DNA of 64,000 nt from an uncultured candidate division Zixibacteria bacterium (GCA_963668625.2 CAXXKA010000010.1:32001-96000); one strand, 5' to 3'; shown: positions 28,776-39,588, counted from the stretch's first letter. A program made the numbers and translations. Notes: generated by a model from the letters alone, not told the origin.

Positions 28776-30527
28776 ATGCCGGTTATGAATCAGAATTATA
28801 AACACATCATTAAGTTCGACCGAGAATTTTTTACCGGTAAAGAAAATTTTACCTACATCGGTGGCGGTTCGCTTGGCGGCAAAGCCCAGGGGCTAGCCAG
28901 GATGCAGGATATATTGGTCGAGAAGATGAGAGATAAATACGCGCCTCTGGTTACCGTGAATATCCCCACATTGACCGTCATCGCGACTGATTATTTCGAT
29001 CAGTTCATGAAAACGAATGAGCTCTACGAGATAGCTTTCTCCGATATTCGCAACGATCGCCTGGCGCATGCTTTTCAGAAAGCCAGCTTACCGCCGCAAT
29101 TGGTCGGTGATCTCAGGGCGCTGGTAGATCAGGTTCATCAACCACTGGCGATTCGTTCCTCCAGTATGCTGGAGGACGCCATGTTCGAGCCGTTCGCCAG
29201 TGTTTATGCCACCAAGATGATTCCAAATAACCAGTTCGATGCCGATACGCGATTCCGCAAGCTGGTGGAGGCGGTTAAATTCATTTATGCCTCGACTTTT
29301 TTCAAAGATGCTAAAAACTATATCCAGATGACCAGCCATACAACCCGTGATGAGAAGATGGCGGTGGTAATTCAGGAGGTGATGGGCAAGCGCTACGGCG
29401 AGAGGTTTTATCCCCATATATGTGGTGTCGCTCGTTCATATAATTTCTATCCCACCGGCCATGCTAAACCGGAGGATGGCATTATCGACCTGGCGCTGGG
29501 GCTGGGCAAGAGTATCGTGGATGATTCCATTGCCTGGTCGTATTCGCCGAAATACCCGAAATCCGACCCGCCGTATAATAGCATAAACGAATTGCTTAAA
29601 TTCAGCCAGACGGAATTCTGGTGCGTGAACATGGGCAAACCGCCGGCGTTCGATCCTGTCAACGAGACGGAATTCATGTTCAGGCATAATATCGCCGAGG
29701 CCGAAGCCGACGGCACGCTCAAATATATAGCCTCGACATATAACGCGCAGAACGATAGAATCGTAACCGGCACCGGTGTCAAAGGACCGCGGTTGCTTAA
29801 TTTCGCGTCGTTAATCAGGGCGGGGCAGATTCCGCTTAATGAGATGCTCAAAGACATGCTAAAACTGTGCGAGGATGTTTTGGGAACGCTGGTGGAGATC
29901 GAATTCGCGGTTACCCTTGATGACAAAGGCTGCGCCCCGGCACGGTTCGGTTTTCTGCAAGTAAGGCCGATGGTGGTATCTAACGAGGAAATAGATGTCG
30001 ATGAGCACGAGTTGCTTTCTGAAAAAGTATTAGCGGGGGCACAGAATGTACTTGGCAACGGCGTGGTCGAAACCATAGCTAATATCGTCTACGTGAAAAA
30101 AGAAAATTTCGAGGCCCGACATACGCAGACTATCGCTAACCAATTGGAGAAGTTCAATCGTGAGCTGGTGCAGAAAAGAGAGCCTTACTTGCTCATAGGT
30201 TTCGGCAGATGGGGTACCTCTGATCCTCAGGGAGGTATACCGGTCAATTTCGGGCAGATATCCGGCGCCAAGGTTATTGTCGAGTCTACCCTGCCCCAGA
30301 TGGATTTCATAATGAGTCAGGGGTCGCATTTTTTCCACAATATCACCAGTTTCAAAGTATTCTATTTCTCGATAGATCATTGGGGCCAGAACCAAATCGA
30401 CTGGCAATGGCTCGAAAGCCAGGAGATAGTGAGTGAAACCGAATTTATCAAACAGGTCAAGCTTAAAGCTCCGTTAACCATAAAAGTTGACGGCAGATGC
30501 GGGAGAGGAGTCATCATTCATGACTGA
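28776..30527 (+). CDS. PEP-synthase/PPDK N-terminal (ATP-grasp) domain protein
   Basis: LGGKAQGL, AIRSSSMLED, MAVVIQEV, GLGKSIV, EIEFA, LQVRP, GRWG and SQGSHFF; no pyruvate-binding barrel. Confidence 0.85.
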   Translation: MPVMNQNYKHIIKFDREFFTGKENFTYIGGGSLGGKAQGLARMQDILVEKMRDKYAPLVTVNIPTLTVIATDYFDQFMKTNELYEIAFSDIRNDRLAHAFQKASLPPQLVGDLRALVDQVHQPLAIRSSSMLEDAMFEPFASVYATKMIPNNQFDADTRFRKLVEAVKFIYASTFFKDAKNYIQMTSHTTRDEKMAVVIQEVMGKRYGERFYPHICGVARSYNFYPTGHAKPEDGIIDLALGLGKSIVDDSIAWSYSPKYPKSDPPYNSINELLKFSQTEFWCVNMGKPPAFDPVNETEFMFRHNIAEAEADGTLKYIASTYNAQNDRIVTGTGVKGPRLLNFASLIRAGQIPLNEMLKDMLKLCEDVLGTLVEIEFAVTLDDKGCAPARFGFLQVRPMVVSNEEIDVDEHELLSEKVLAGAQNVLGNGVVETIANIVYVKKENFEARHTQTIANQLEKFNRELVQKREPYLLIGFGRWGTSDPQGGIPVNFGQISGAKVIVESTLPQMDFIMSQGSHFFHNITSFKVFYFSIDHWGQNQIDWQWLESQEIVSETEFIKQVKLKAPLTIKVDGRCGRGVIIHD

Positions 30528-33500
30528 TCAAACGAATCATTCGGAAAATCTTCTCTGGTTTTTCCAGGAACGAGCTAAAGAGCTTAACTGTATTTACCAG
30601 ATAGAGGAGATACTGAACGAACCCGAGGCTGATCTTGAGAAAGTATGTAACGGTATTATCGAGGCCATACCTCCGGGCTGGCAATATCCTGATGTTTGCC
30701 AGGTGAAGATTCTCATTCACAGCGAGTGTTACAAATCGCCGGATTTCGAAGAATCTAAATGGCAGCAGAAAGCCGATATAAAAGCGCAAGATGAAAAGAT
30801 CGGTGAGATCGGTGTATATTACACCAAGGAGATGCCGACGGCGGATGACGGGCCGTTCCTCAAGGAGGAAACCAAGCTATTGCAGACTATCGCCGATCGG
30901 CTGGGACATTTCATAACATTTAAAATGATGCGCCAGGTATTTCGAGATTACAGGGTCGCCGAAAAGGAACTTCACGAAAACAAAATAGAGGAATGGCGAG
31001 TAATCGTGAACCTTCTCCAGAGAACCGACAAAGATCTATACGCAAACCTGTCTCGTAAAGTTTTTCACCTGCTCTGCTGGAGCGGCATCGAAGAAGCTAT
31101 TCAACTGCAAAAAGAGATCGATACGATAAGCGGCGTTTTGGAGGATGATTCGACCTCGGATGACAATCGTCCCGGCAAACGCGGTATGAAATATTTTACC
31201 ACCGAACAATGCGAACAGGTATTCACCATTGCCGCCCGTCATCTGAGCAACGAGCAATTGCTGGCGAATATCCAGAAATGGATGCAGGAGGATAAGCTCG
31301 GTTTCCTGATGAAGGTAGTTAACCGCAATCTCTCGCTGGCCGAGGTTGCCGACGCGCTAAGACGCTACTACCATATCGATCCCGAGGGCAAGGAATTACC
31401 CGAAGTCAACGGCAGGGGAGTCACGGTTTCGTTAACCAGGCGTTTTCTATCCGGGCAGCTTAATTTTATTAATGTAGCCAAACAGTATTTGCGCGTGAGT
31501 GATTTCTATAAACTGGTTGATAAGATTCTATTCCTGACCGAGAGCCACGGTAAATTGGGCGGCAAAAGCGCCGGATTGATTTTAGCCCAGCAGATTTTGC
31601 AAAACTCCGATGAGTATACAGAGCAATTAAAAAATATCAAAGTACCTAAAACCTGGTATATTTCCTCCGATGTTTTACTCGGTTTTCTGAGTTATAACGG
31701 TTTGGATGAGGTCGTAGAGCAAAAATATAAAGATATCAACCAGATCCGTCTGGAATATCCTCATGTAGTCCAGACATTCAAAAACTCGCGCTTTCCTCCG
31801 GAGATAATAAACGGTCTTTCGATGGTGCTGGATGAGCTAAGCGATAAGCCGCTAATAGTGCGAAGCTCCAGTTTACTCGAGGATCGTATGGGGGCTGTTT
31901 TCTCGGGAAAATATAAGAGCTTGTTTATCGCCAACCAGGGCACCAAGAGCCAACGGCTGGAGGCATTAACCGATGCTATTACGGAGGTGTACGCCTCGAT
32001 ATTCGGCCCCGATCCGATCGAATATCGGGCCGAACGCGGTTTACTGGATTTTGCCGAGGAGATGGGGATCATGATCCAGGAGGTGGTTGGCAATAAAATC
32101 GGCGATTACTTCCTGCCCTCGTTTGCCGGCGTAGCGTTTTCTCGCAATGATTTCCGCTGGTCACCGCGAATTCGTCGTAGCGATGGCTTGCTGCGCTTAG
32201 TACCGGGCCTGGGAACCAGAGCGGTCGATCGGGTCAGTGACGACTACCCGGTGCTTATCGCTCCCGGGCAGCCGGGATTACGCGTGAATGTCACCGCCGA
32301 TGAGGTAGTGCGGTATTCGCCCAAGAAAATAGATGTGGTAAATCTCAAGACAAACAAGTTCGAGACCGTGAAAGTGAAAACCCTTCTGAAAGAAATTGGC
32401 GAGGAGATACCCGGTATCACGAAAATGATATCCTCATTCGACGGCCACTCTTTAAACAGGCCGCAGCTATTGAATCTCGATTTCGAAAAGAATAATTACG
32501 TGATCACTTTCGATAGTTTGCTGGGAGATTCGGGATTCGTAGAACAGATTCATGCCATGTTAAACGTGCTGGAAAACAAGCTCGAAAACCCGGTTGATAT
32601 CGAGTTCGCCCATGACGGCAAAGACTTATACCTCCTCCAAAGCCGACCGCAAAGCTATTCACAAGACAGCGCTCCTTCACCGATACCCAAGGATATCGAG
32701 GAAAAAGATATCGTGTTTTCGGCAAACAAATATATATCCAATGGTCGCGTGCAGGATATCACGCATATCGTTTATGTCGATCCGGAACGTTACTCGGAAC
32801 TACCGGATAGGGAGACGATGCTTGAGATCGGACGGGCCGTGGGCAAACTTAACAAACTTTTGCCTCGAAGGCAGTTCGTGCTGATCGGTCCGGGGAGATG
32901 GGGCAGCAGGGGAAATATCAAGCTGGGCGTTAACGTTACCTATTCCGATATCAATAACACAGCCATGTTAATAGAGGTGGCTTTCCAGAAAGGCAACTAC
33001 CTTCCCGATTTATCGTTCGGTACACATTTCTTCCAGGATTTGGTGGAGGCCGAAATTCGCTACCTGCCGCTCTATCCAGACTCGGAGAAAGCTGTATTCA
33101 ATAACCAATTCATGGTCGATTCCGAAAACATCCTACCGATTGTTTTGCCCGAATATGAATATCTGGGTGACACGCTCAGACTCATAGATGTGAGTAAATC
33201 GACTGATGGTAAGGTGCTGAAAGTGCTTCTTAATGCTGATATCAACGAGGCGCTGGGCATACTGACGGAGCCTACGCAGGAACACGAGAAAACTGTTTTA
33301 CGGGATGAGGGTACGGTGATTAAAGGTGATAACTACTGGGCCTGGCGCTTGAAAATGGCAGAATACATCGCCTCACAACTGGATCCGCGACGTTTCGGCG
33401 TGAAAGATATATACGTATTCGGTAGTGTGAAAAACGCTACCGCCGGACCAGCCAGCGATATAGATATACTGGTGCATATCACCGGCGACAGCAAACAAAA

Positions 33501-33702
33501 ATCCGAGCTTCTGATATGGTTGGAGGGCTGGAGCTTGAGTCTGGATGAAATGAATTATCTTCGTACCGGATACCGCACGGGTGGTTTACTGGATATTCAT
33601 CTCATAACCGAGGAAGATATCGAAAAGGGTAATAGCTATGCCGCGAAAATCGGCGCATTGACAGATCCGGCGAGAAAGCTCAAAATGAAAAGTATTACTT
33701 GA
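30520..33702 (+). CDS. Multidomain protein: GAF-like sensor + PPDK-like ATP-grasp + nucleotidyltransferase
   Basis: RBS GAGGAG with ATG 30520 overlapping the upstream gene end. Motifs WQYP..GPFL, LGGKSAGL, VRSSSLLED, DIEFA, SFGTHFF and FGSVKNATAGPASDIDILV. Confidence 0.85.
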   Translation: MTDQTNHSENLLWFFQERAKELNCIYQIEEILNEPEADLEKVCNGIIEAIPPGWQYPDVCQVKILIHSECYKSPDFEESKWQQKADIKAQDEKIGEIGVYYTKEMPTADDGPFLKEETKLLQTIADRLGHFITFKMMRQVFRDYRVAEKELHENKIEEWRVIVNLLQRTDKDLYANLSRKVFHLLCWSGIEEAIQLQKEIDTISGVLEDDSTSDDNRPGKRGMKYFTTEQCEQVFTIAARHLSNEQLLANIQKWMQEDKLGFLMKVVNRNLSLAEVADALRRYYHIDPEGKELPEVNGRGVTVSLTRRFLSGQLNFINVAKQYLRVSDFYKLVDKILFLTESHGKLGGKSAGLILAQQILQNSDEYTEQLKNIKVPKTWYISSDVLLGFLSYNGLDEVVEQKYKDINQIRLEYPHVVQTFKNSRFPPEIINGLSMVLDELSDKPLIVRSSSLLEDRMGAVFSGKYKSLFIANQGTKSQRLEALTDAITEVYASIFGPDPIEYRAERGLLDFAEEMGIMIQEVVGNKIGDYFLPSFAGVAFSRNDFRWSPRIRRSDGLLRLVPGLGTRAVDRVSDDYPVLIAPGQPGLRVNVTADEVVRYSPKKIDVVNLKTNKFETVKVKTLLKEIGEEIPGITKMISSFDGHSLNRPQLLNLDFEKNNYVITFDSLLGDSGFVEQIHAMLNVLENKLENPVDIEFAHDGKDLYLLQSRPQSYSQDSAPSPIPKDIEEKDIVFSANKYISNGRVQDITHIVYVDPERYSELPDRETMLEIGRAVGKLNKLLPRRQFVLIGPGRWGSRGNIKLGVNVTYSDINNTAMLIEVAFQKGNYLPDLSFGTHFFQDLVEAEIRYLPLYPDSEKAVFNNQFMVDSENILPIVLPEYEYLGDTLRLIDVSKSTDGKVLKVLLNADINEALGILTEPTQEHEKTVLRDEGTVIKGDNYWAWRLKMAEYIASQLDPRRFGVKDIYVFGSVKNATAGPASDIDILVHITGDSKQKSELLIWLEGWSLSLDEMNYLRTGYRTGGLLDIHLITEEDIEKGNSYAAKIGALTDPARKLKMKSIT

Positions 33703-33704
33703 TA

Positions 33705-34556
33705 TTACAATATTTCACGAGTGGCGTGTTCGGGGTTTTCCAGGTCGAATTTTACCAGCGATAATTCTTTGCCATGATACGCAGCGTTGAACATTACGGT
33801 GGCGCCCAGTTTATCTTGCCAGTGACCTGTTATTTGCGAGGATTCGTGAACATGCCCATGAAGCGTTAAAAGAGGTTGCCTCTCCTTTATGAATCTCTCG
33901 ATTGCGATGCTGCCTATATGAGGGTCGAGCGGTACGCCATCTATGAACTTGCCGTCCAGCGCCGCCGTATCCAGATTGGTATTGTACGGCGGGCTGTGAA
34001 ACAAGATGACAGCGTTTTCGAGCGAATCATTGTCGAATAGCTTATCCAAATCTTTTTTTATCGTTGAATATTTTAGTTCGTTTTCTGATACCTTAATGGT
34101 ATGCTTGCCTCTATGTGGCGGGTAGCAGCCGGGATCGACATAGCGGGAAACATCATAACGCTCCCAATCTTTTAACATAAACGGCGTAGGCGGAACATAC
34201 GAGTAACCATAGACATTCCAATTACCGAGTGTGGTTTTGTTGTCGTGGATGTATTCGAACAAGCCGGTGTTTGCCGCCTCGATTATTGTTGCTTCCTCCG
34301 ACCTGGGATCATCATTACCGAGAATGATGAATATCTTCGGATAGTTGGCTCCTAACTCATCCCGGAGATGCCTTAAACCGGGCGTAAGAAATGTATCTAT
34401 AAAACCGCCGCTAATCTTATTCATCTTTAAGCTGAAAGGCAAAATATCGCCGCCAATGAAGATGGCTTCAGGGGGCGCGGTTCCGATACGATCAAATAAT
34501 TTATCGTAGCGGTCTGTTTTACCGTGCAAATCGGATACGAAGTAGCATTCGAACAA
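33705..34556 (-). CDS. Calcineurin-like metallophosphoesterase (Icc-related)
   Basis: SDLHG, GGDI, GNDD, HSPP and HGHVHE. Likely TTG start at 34556 after GGAAGG. Confidence 0.88.
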   Translation of the reverse strand: MFECYFVSDLHGKTDRYDKLFDRIGTAPPEAIFIGGDILPFSLKMNKISGGFIDTFLTPGLRHLRDELGANYPKIFIILGNDDPRSEEATIIEAANTGLFEYIHDNKTTLGNWNVYGYSYVPPTPFMLKDWERYDVSRYVDPGCYPPHRGKHTIKVSENELKYSTIKKDLDKLFDNDSLENAVILFHSPPYNTNLDTAALDGKFIDGVPLDPHIGSIAIERFIKERQPLLTLHGHVHESSQITGHWQDKLGATVMFNAAYHGKELSLVKFDLENPEHATREIL

Positions 34557-34882
34557 ACTCACGACCTTCCATTGAAAGCTAAATGTCAATTAGATCGAAT
34601 ATAAATATAATTGATACGATTTTCACTATCTATTTATTTCCAAGATACCATGATTTGCAAATATGAAATCATATGGCATATAGTATAGTATATTATGCGA
34701 TTAGGAAATCCATAATAGTTAATGAATGGAACGTTTTATGGATTACCTAATTTAATAAGATAAACCTGGATAAAATAATCGTAAGGTGGAAATTAATGGC
34801 TTTGAAAAAATGGAGATTGCTTTATATTGTGAGTACTTCAAAGCAATTAATGCTCGTGGACAAACCGAACGCTGGAGGTTCA

Positions 34883-36412
34883 ATGAAAAGCGTTAACAAA
34901 CTTCTTTTGATATTTTCGATCAGTATAATATTATTGACTTTTATTGGCGGATGCATTTTCGATAGTGATGAGGAGGAGCCGACAATCAACACCCCTCCCG
35001 AACAACCATCCCTGCCCAATCCGGCTAACGGGGCGAATACAGTGGCTCTTGATGTCGATTTAGTCTGGACATGCTCCGATCCTGATCAGTCCGATACCCT
35101 CTCTTATGATGTATATTTCGGTACCGAATCCGATCCCCCACTTGAGGTATCGGGTTTGTATGTAGCTCAATATAGTCCTACTTTTCAGGGGAATACTCAA
35201 TACTACTGGAAGGTCGTAGCTACCGATTCACACGACCATTCGACCTCTGGCCCGATATGGAGTTTCCTGACATCCGATACCCCAAACTCCGCGCCTGAAA
35301 TACCGAATAATCCTCAACCGCTTCATGGCTCATTTGGGATTCCGATTTCAACCTCTTTAGAATGGGCTTGCGACGACCCCGATAATGATATTTTATTGTT
35401 CGATATTTATTTTGATACCGATACGCTTGCCGGTGGATTCGAACTCGTTGCCGATCATCAAACGCAATTAACCTATCAACCGGAAGCTCTCGATTCGGCT
35501 ACTAATTATTATTGGAAAATTATCGCTTATGATGATTACAGCCATATTAGCGAGGGACCAACCTGGCAGTTCAGAACGGTTTCGGCAGCCAATGAACCAC
35601 CTGATATGCCGCAAATCGGTGCGTTGTCGAATACACCCGATAGCGCTGAAACGGAAGTTTCTTTATCGAGCGTAGTATTAAGCTGGACATGTAGCGATCA
35701 GGAAAACGATGATTTGAGCTATAACGTATATTTCGGTACCGTCAGTCAACCACCGCTCGTTAGCGATCATCAGACGCAAACAAGTTTCAATTTACAAACT
35801 CTCGATAACGGCGTTACTTACTACTGGAGAGTCACTGCTTTCGATAGTGAGGGTAATTCGACTACCAGCGGACTATGGTGGTTTACCACACAGCTGAATA
35901 ATTCGGTGGTGTTTTACTATGGTTCTCCCAATGGCGACCCCGTTACTACCGATGTCGGCGGGTTGTTCGATGTCGATGTATATATCTATACCGATGATGA
36001 TTCATATATCGGTACGATGCTGATATGCCTGGGCACCGATAGTCGGTACGTAGACAGCCTGCTGAACAATGCCGATCCCGGAGCGGAATTCTTTTTCCCG
36101 CTTAACGAATGGGACGGAGCCTGGTTTAATGATCCATATGAATACCAGCCAGGGATTTTCGTTCAGTCATTCCAGGGATACGATGAATTAGCGCCGCCGT
36201 ATATTTCACCTTCACTTCATTTTTCCACGCCTACCAAAGTGATGACAATGAAGATGAAAGCAGTCGATAACAGCAGTTTCGCCGGGCACACATACGATGC
36301 TTTCAGATACGCCGAGGATTTCGTTCAAGGCCCGACCAACGCCAGCGATACCTCAGGGACTATTACTTTCGATTTTAGAGAAGTTTTTAATCAATTGCAT
36401 TTTAATCCGTAA
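34883..36412 (+). CDS. Lipoprotein with three fibronectin-III-like repeats
   Basis: RBS GGAGG, lipobox IGGC, three repeats of 'L.W.C.D.D.D.L.Y.VYFGT...YYW.V.A.D...G..W.F.T'. Confidence 0.8.
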   Translation: MKSVNKLLLIFSISIILLTFIGGCIFDSDEEEPTINTPPEQPSLPNPANGANTVALDVDLVWTCSDPDQSDTLSYDVYFGTESDPPLEVSGLYVAQYSPTFQGNTQYYWKVVATDSHDHSTSGPIWSFLTSDTPNSAPEIPNNPQPLHGSFGIPISTSLEWACDDPDNDILLFDIYFDTDTLAGGFELVADHQTQLTYQPEALDSATNYYWKIIAYDDYSHISEGPTWQFRTVSAANEPPDMPQIGALSNTPDSAETEVSLSSVVLSWTCSDQENDDLSYNVYFGTVSQPPLVSDHQTQTSFNLQTLDNGVTYYWRVTAFDSEGNSTTSGLWWFTTQLNNSVVFYYGSPNGDPVTTDVGGLFDVDVYIYTDDDSYIGTMLICLGTDSRYVDSLLNNADPGAEFFFPLNEWDGAWFNDPYEYQPGIFVQSFQGYDELAPPYISPSLHFSTPTKVMTMKMKAVDNSSFAGHTYDAFRYAEDFVQGPTNASDTSGTITFDFREVFNQLHFNP

Positions 36413-36435
36413 TGCGGTATTAAAAATAAATAGTA

Positions 36436-36475
36436 AAACATCCCCGGCGAAATTATTTTTTCCGGGGATTGTTTT
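36436..36475 (+). terminator. Intrinsic terminator
   Basis: ATCCCCGG...CCGGGGAT followed by TGTTTT. Confidence 0.65.
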
Positions 36476-36505
36476 GAACCTAATAAACCGTTAATTTGAA
36501 ATAAT

Positions 36506-36820
36506 ATGAGTAGCGATTTTACCGACAGGGTTAAGCATATCATAAAAGAGATACCTCGGGGAAAGGTTGCCACCTACGGACAGATTGCCGCTTTTGCCGG
36601 GAGCCCCCGCGCCGCTCGTCAGGTGGTACGAATTCTCCACTCATGCTCCGAGAAAGATAAGCTACCCTGGCAAAGGGTGGTAAACGGTAGGGGAATGATA
36701 TCATTAAAAACGGGACACGGATACGAGATACAAATGAGTATGCTCAAAAAAGAGGGAGTTAAGTTTTCACTGGATGGCTCTATCGATATGAGTAAATATC
36801 AATGGGCGCCGGGAGATTAA
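36506..36820 (+). CDS. Alkyltransferase-like (ATL/YbaZ, MGMT-family) DNA-repair protein
   Basis: IPRGKVATYGQIA..G.PRAARQV and PWQRV (Trp in place of the catalytic Cys). Confidence 0.88.
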   Translation: MSSDFTDRVKHIIKEIPRGKVATYGQIAAFAGSPRAARQVVRILHSCSEKDKLPWQRVVNGRGMISLKTGHGYEIQMSMLKKEGVKFSLDGSIDMSKYQWAPGD

Positions 36821-37914
36821 AATGCTTCCTCGAATGAAATGTAGAATCCGGAGGAATTATCTCCATATCCGAAATCGAACCTGACATTTACTTTCTCATC
36901 ATTTATTCTATATCGTAAACCGAAACCATAAGAGGGTTTCATGTTTTCTGATTTAAAATCGCTCAATTTCGATGAGACATCCCCGATACCGCCGAATACC
37001 GTAGCCCCGATTTTCCACCAGACCGGAAAACGTAACTCCGTTTGCAAGACGTACATCTTTTTATCGGTGTACCTGCCCATGTAATAGCCACGCATTAACA
37101 GGTCTCCGCCTATTTGCGGCAGATGGTTGAACGGGGCATCACCGTTAACGCTGCCATAGTATGCCTGAGTTGCCAGAACGAATCGTTCGTTGAAGGTAAA
37201 ATAGTTACGAAGATCGAAGGTAACCGAGGTGTAGTCGAAATCGCTGCCCGTGTACTCGTGACTTACACCGTAGCTGATTTCTCCCAGATAGCCGGATGAA
37301 GGCCAGAATATGTTATCGCGGGAATCGTACGTAGCAAGTAATTTTATCACCGAATTAGTTCCGCCCTCGCTGCCGATAATGGTTTTATCTTTCAGCGCTC
37401 CCTCAGAATCATATTTTGTCAGGGAGAATTTATCGAAATCGTAACCCATGCCGAAATATAATCCCGGGATGAATTGATATTTCAAACTGGTTTCTAAGAT
37501 GTATTGCTCCGGCGTGAACTCCTCTTTATTATCCTCTGGAGCATCCGTGCCGATGCCGTAAAACTCGCCCGGAAACTTTAAATATACAAGCGTCCCCATA
37601 AAATGGTAGTTCGAGTTATCCCAGTAAACCTCCGAATTAAAACTTATAGCCGCTTGTTTTTTTTGGGTGTAAACGAGTATCGGAGTAAGAGTGGAGGGTT
37701 TGGAATTAGGATAGCGCGTATTGTTAATATAGTTGGCCATCACACCGCCGGCTATTTTTGTTTCCGGTGAATAGTAAAAGAACGGTAATGCCAGAAGAGA
37801 GTTTTTCTTGCTTTCATCTATTGATTGCTCGGAAACGCTATCGGGTTGATTGGCCAATGAATACGAGCCGGTCAATAAATATATAGTAATTACCGAGTAT
37901 CGTATAAAACTCAT
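36817..37914 (-). CDS. Omp85/BamA-type barrel-only outer-membrane protein
   Basis: YSPET, YDSRDN..P..G, MRGYY.GRY, GFGLRY and terminal EAF. Confidence 0.82.
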   Translation of the reverse strand: MSFIRYSVITIYLLTGSYSLANQPDSVSEQSIDESKKNSLLALPFFYYSPETKIAGGVMANYINNTRYPNSKPSTLTPILVYTQKKQAAISFNSEVYWDNSNYHFMGTLVYLKFPGEFYGIGTDAPEDNKEEFTPEQYILETSLKYQFIPGLYFGMGYDFDKFSLTKYDSEGALKDKTIIGSEGGTNSVIKLLATYDSRDNIFWPSSGYLGEISYGVSHEYTGSDFDYTSVTFDLRNYFTFNERFVLATQAYYGSVNGDAPFNHLPQIGGDLLMRGYYMGRYTDKKMYVLQTELRFPVWWKIGATVFGGIGDVSSKLSDFKSENMKPSYGFGLRYRINDEKVNVRFDFGYGDNSSGFYISFEEAF

Positions 37915-38049
37915 ACTGCTTTAATCATTTACCTCATCTTTCTAAATATACTTAACACACATAATACAATATTTTCGAGACTAAGTTTCATTAAAATCTA
38001 GATAAAATTATATGTAAGTAATGAGGTATACTTACCCCTGAAGACAGAG

Positions 38050-38733
38050 TTAAAACTTATATGTAAATCCAAACATCAATCGGGGTTCCAGTTTCGGTTG
38101 CCCGATAGCCTCATCGGCATCTTTGTAAACGTAGTCATTACGAGGGTTTACATTATCCCCATCGGGGCTGTATGAGGTATCGTGGCCGGTAAGCCTGGAG
38201 TTGAAATAGTAATCCAATCCCCCGGTGATCACCAAATCGATTTTATTGCTCATGGCGAAATAGCTTTCCAGGCCCGCGCCTAGTCCCCACTGGCTGCCGG
38301 TTATATCGAAATCCTCATTACCACCGATATATTTGAAATTACCGGTAAATTTCGCGTGACGAGGGCCGATCAGGGCATAGGCACGTTTTAATGATAGGAT
38401 GTTCACTTTATATAGAAGGTCAAGCCTGTAATCCCAGGTTCTGCCCGACTTTTCAGGCGTTCCATTGGTAGCATCATTGATGAATATCCGCCTGGCCTCA
38501 GCCGACTTTCCGGGATTGACCGAAGTGTAACCGATCCCGATTCTTGCGCTTAGAGGAAAATCTTTGGCGAAATCGGATATCATGCCGAAAACCTGAAAAC
38601 CCATACCCGAATAATACCCCAGAGATACACCTGCCTCTAATTTAGCCTGGCTTGACCCACGCGATGAAGTTTGCGCCTCCGCGATATTCAACATGGCAAG
38701 TATGACAAGTATTATTATTGTGATTTTTTTCAT
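38050..38733 (-). CDS. Outer-membrane beta-barrel protein
   Basis: Signal peptide MKKITII..AEA, alternating beta pattern, terminal GFTYKF. Confidence 0.7.
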   Translation of the reverse strand: MKKITIIILVILAMLNIAEAQTSSRGSSQAKLEAGVSLGYYSGMGFQVFGMISDFAKDFPLSARIGIGYTSVNPGKSAEARRIFINDATNGTPEKSGRTWDYRLDLLYKVNILSLKRAYALIGPRHAKFTGNFKYIGGNEDFDITGSQWGLGAGLESYFAMSNKIDLVITGGLDYYFNSRLTGHDTSYSPDGDNVNPRNDYVYKDADEAIGQPKLEPRLMFGFTYKF

Positions 38734-38941
38734 AGCGTCCCTCGCTTTACAAGACAAGTCGGTTCGTTTGAGGATTATACTCATATCAATTATTGTTAAC
38801 GAAACCGTATTATTTTATCAAAAAGTTCCGGGATTAATTGTATATATTTGTACTATATTAGATAACTATAATAAAGATAAGCAGTTAAAACGTATTAATT
38901 CAGTACTGGAAGCGGTCGTATTTGATTTTAATATTATAATT

Positions 38942-38988
38942 AAAACAACCGCGAGAGATATACTATGATATCTTATTCGCGGCTGTTT
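38942..38988 (-). terminator. Hairpin downstream of the CMD gene
   Basis: AAAACAaCCGCGA...TCGCGGcTGTTTT. Confidence 0.5.
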
Positions 38989-39023
38989 TAAATCAGTAGA
39001 TTATGAAAATCGGTTCAGAGGTA

Positions 39024-39377
39024 TTAATTAACGCCCTCTTTCTCGAATTGATCGAGCGCCTCTAATGCCTCGGTACCGTAAACCACCGATGGACCACCGC
39101 CCATTAATATCGCCACACCGATAGTTTCGATAATTTCCTGGCGAGTTGCGCCGGCTTTTAACGCATCATTGATGTGAAACGCGATACAGCCGTTACATCT
39201 GACAGTAATAGCGATTGCCAGAGATATAAGCTCCTTGGTTTTAGTATCAAGAGCGCCTGGTTTAGAAGCCGCCTGATGTAGTTTTGCGAAACTTCCCATT
39301 GTGTCGGGTATCTCTTTGCCGAGCTTGCCCATCAATTCACGTACTCTATTATTGTGTTCGGGAAAATTAGAACCCAT
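39024..39377 (-). CDS. Carboxymuconolactone decarboxylase/AhpD-like protein
   Basis: RBS AAGGAG; GALDTKTKELI, CNGCIAFH, MGGGP. Confidence 0.88.
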   Translation of the reverse strand: MGSNFPEHNNRVRELMGKLGKEIPDTMGSFAKLHQAASKPGALDTKTKELISLAIAITVRCNGCIAFHINDALKAGATRQEIIETIGVAILMGGGPSVVYGTEALEALDQFEKEGVN

Positions 39378-39588
39378 CGTAAAAATCTCCTTCCGGGAGC
39401 AGGTTTTTGCTCCGCTTCTATATAATAATTGGTATAAAATTAGTGTCAATAAAATTCGATAATATAATTCAGTTAAATTATTGAATTTTAATGACTTAAA
39501 TATATTAAAATTTATAATATTGATATGGCGTTATTCGGGCGGATAGTGTATGTTGGAATTTAATCTGATTGATGATAAGGAGTAGTTT

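Noticed and set aside
34980-35890. Three internal repeats of about 300 bp
   Set aside because: Explained as protein-level fibronectin-III-like domains, not a DNA repeat array.
36655-36680. MGMT lacking the catalytic Cys (PWQRV)
   Set aside because: Normal for the known ATL family.
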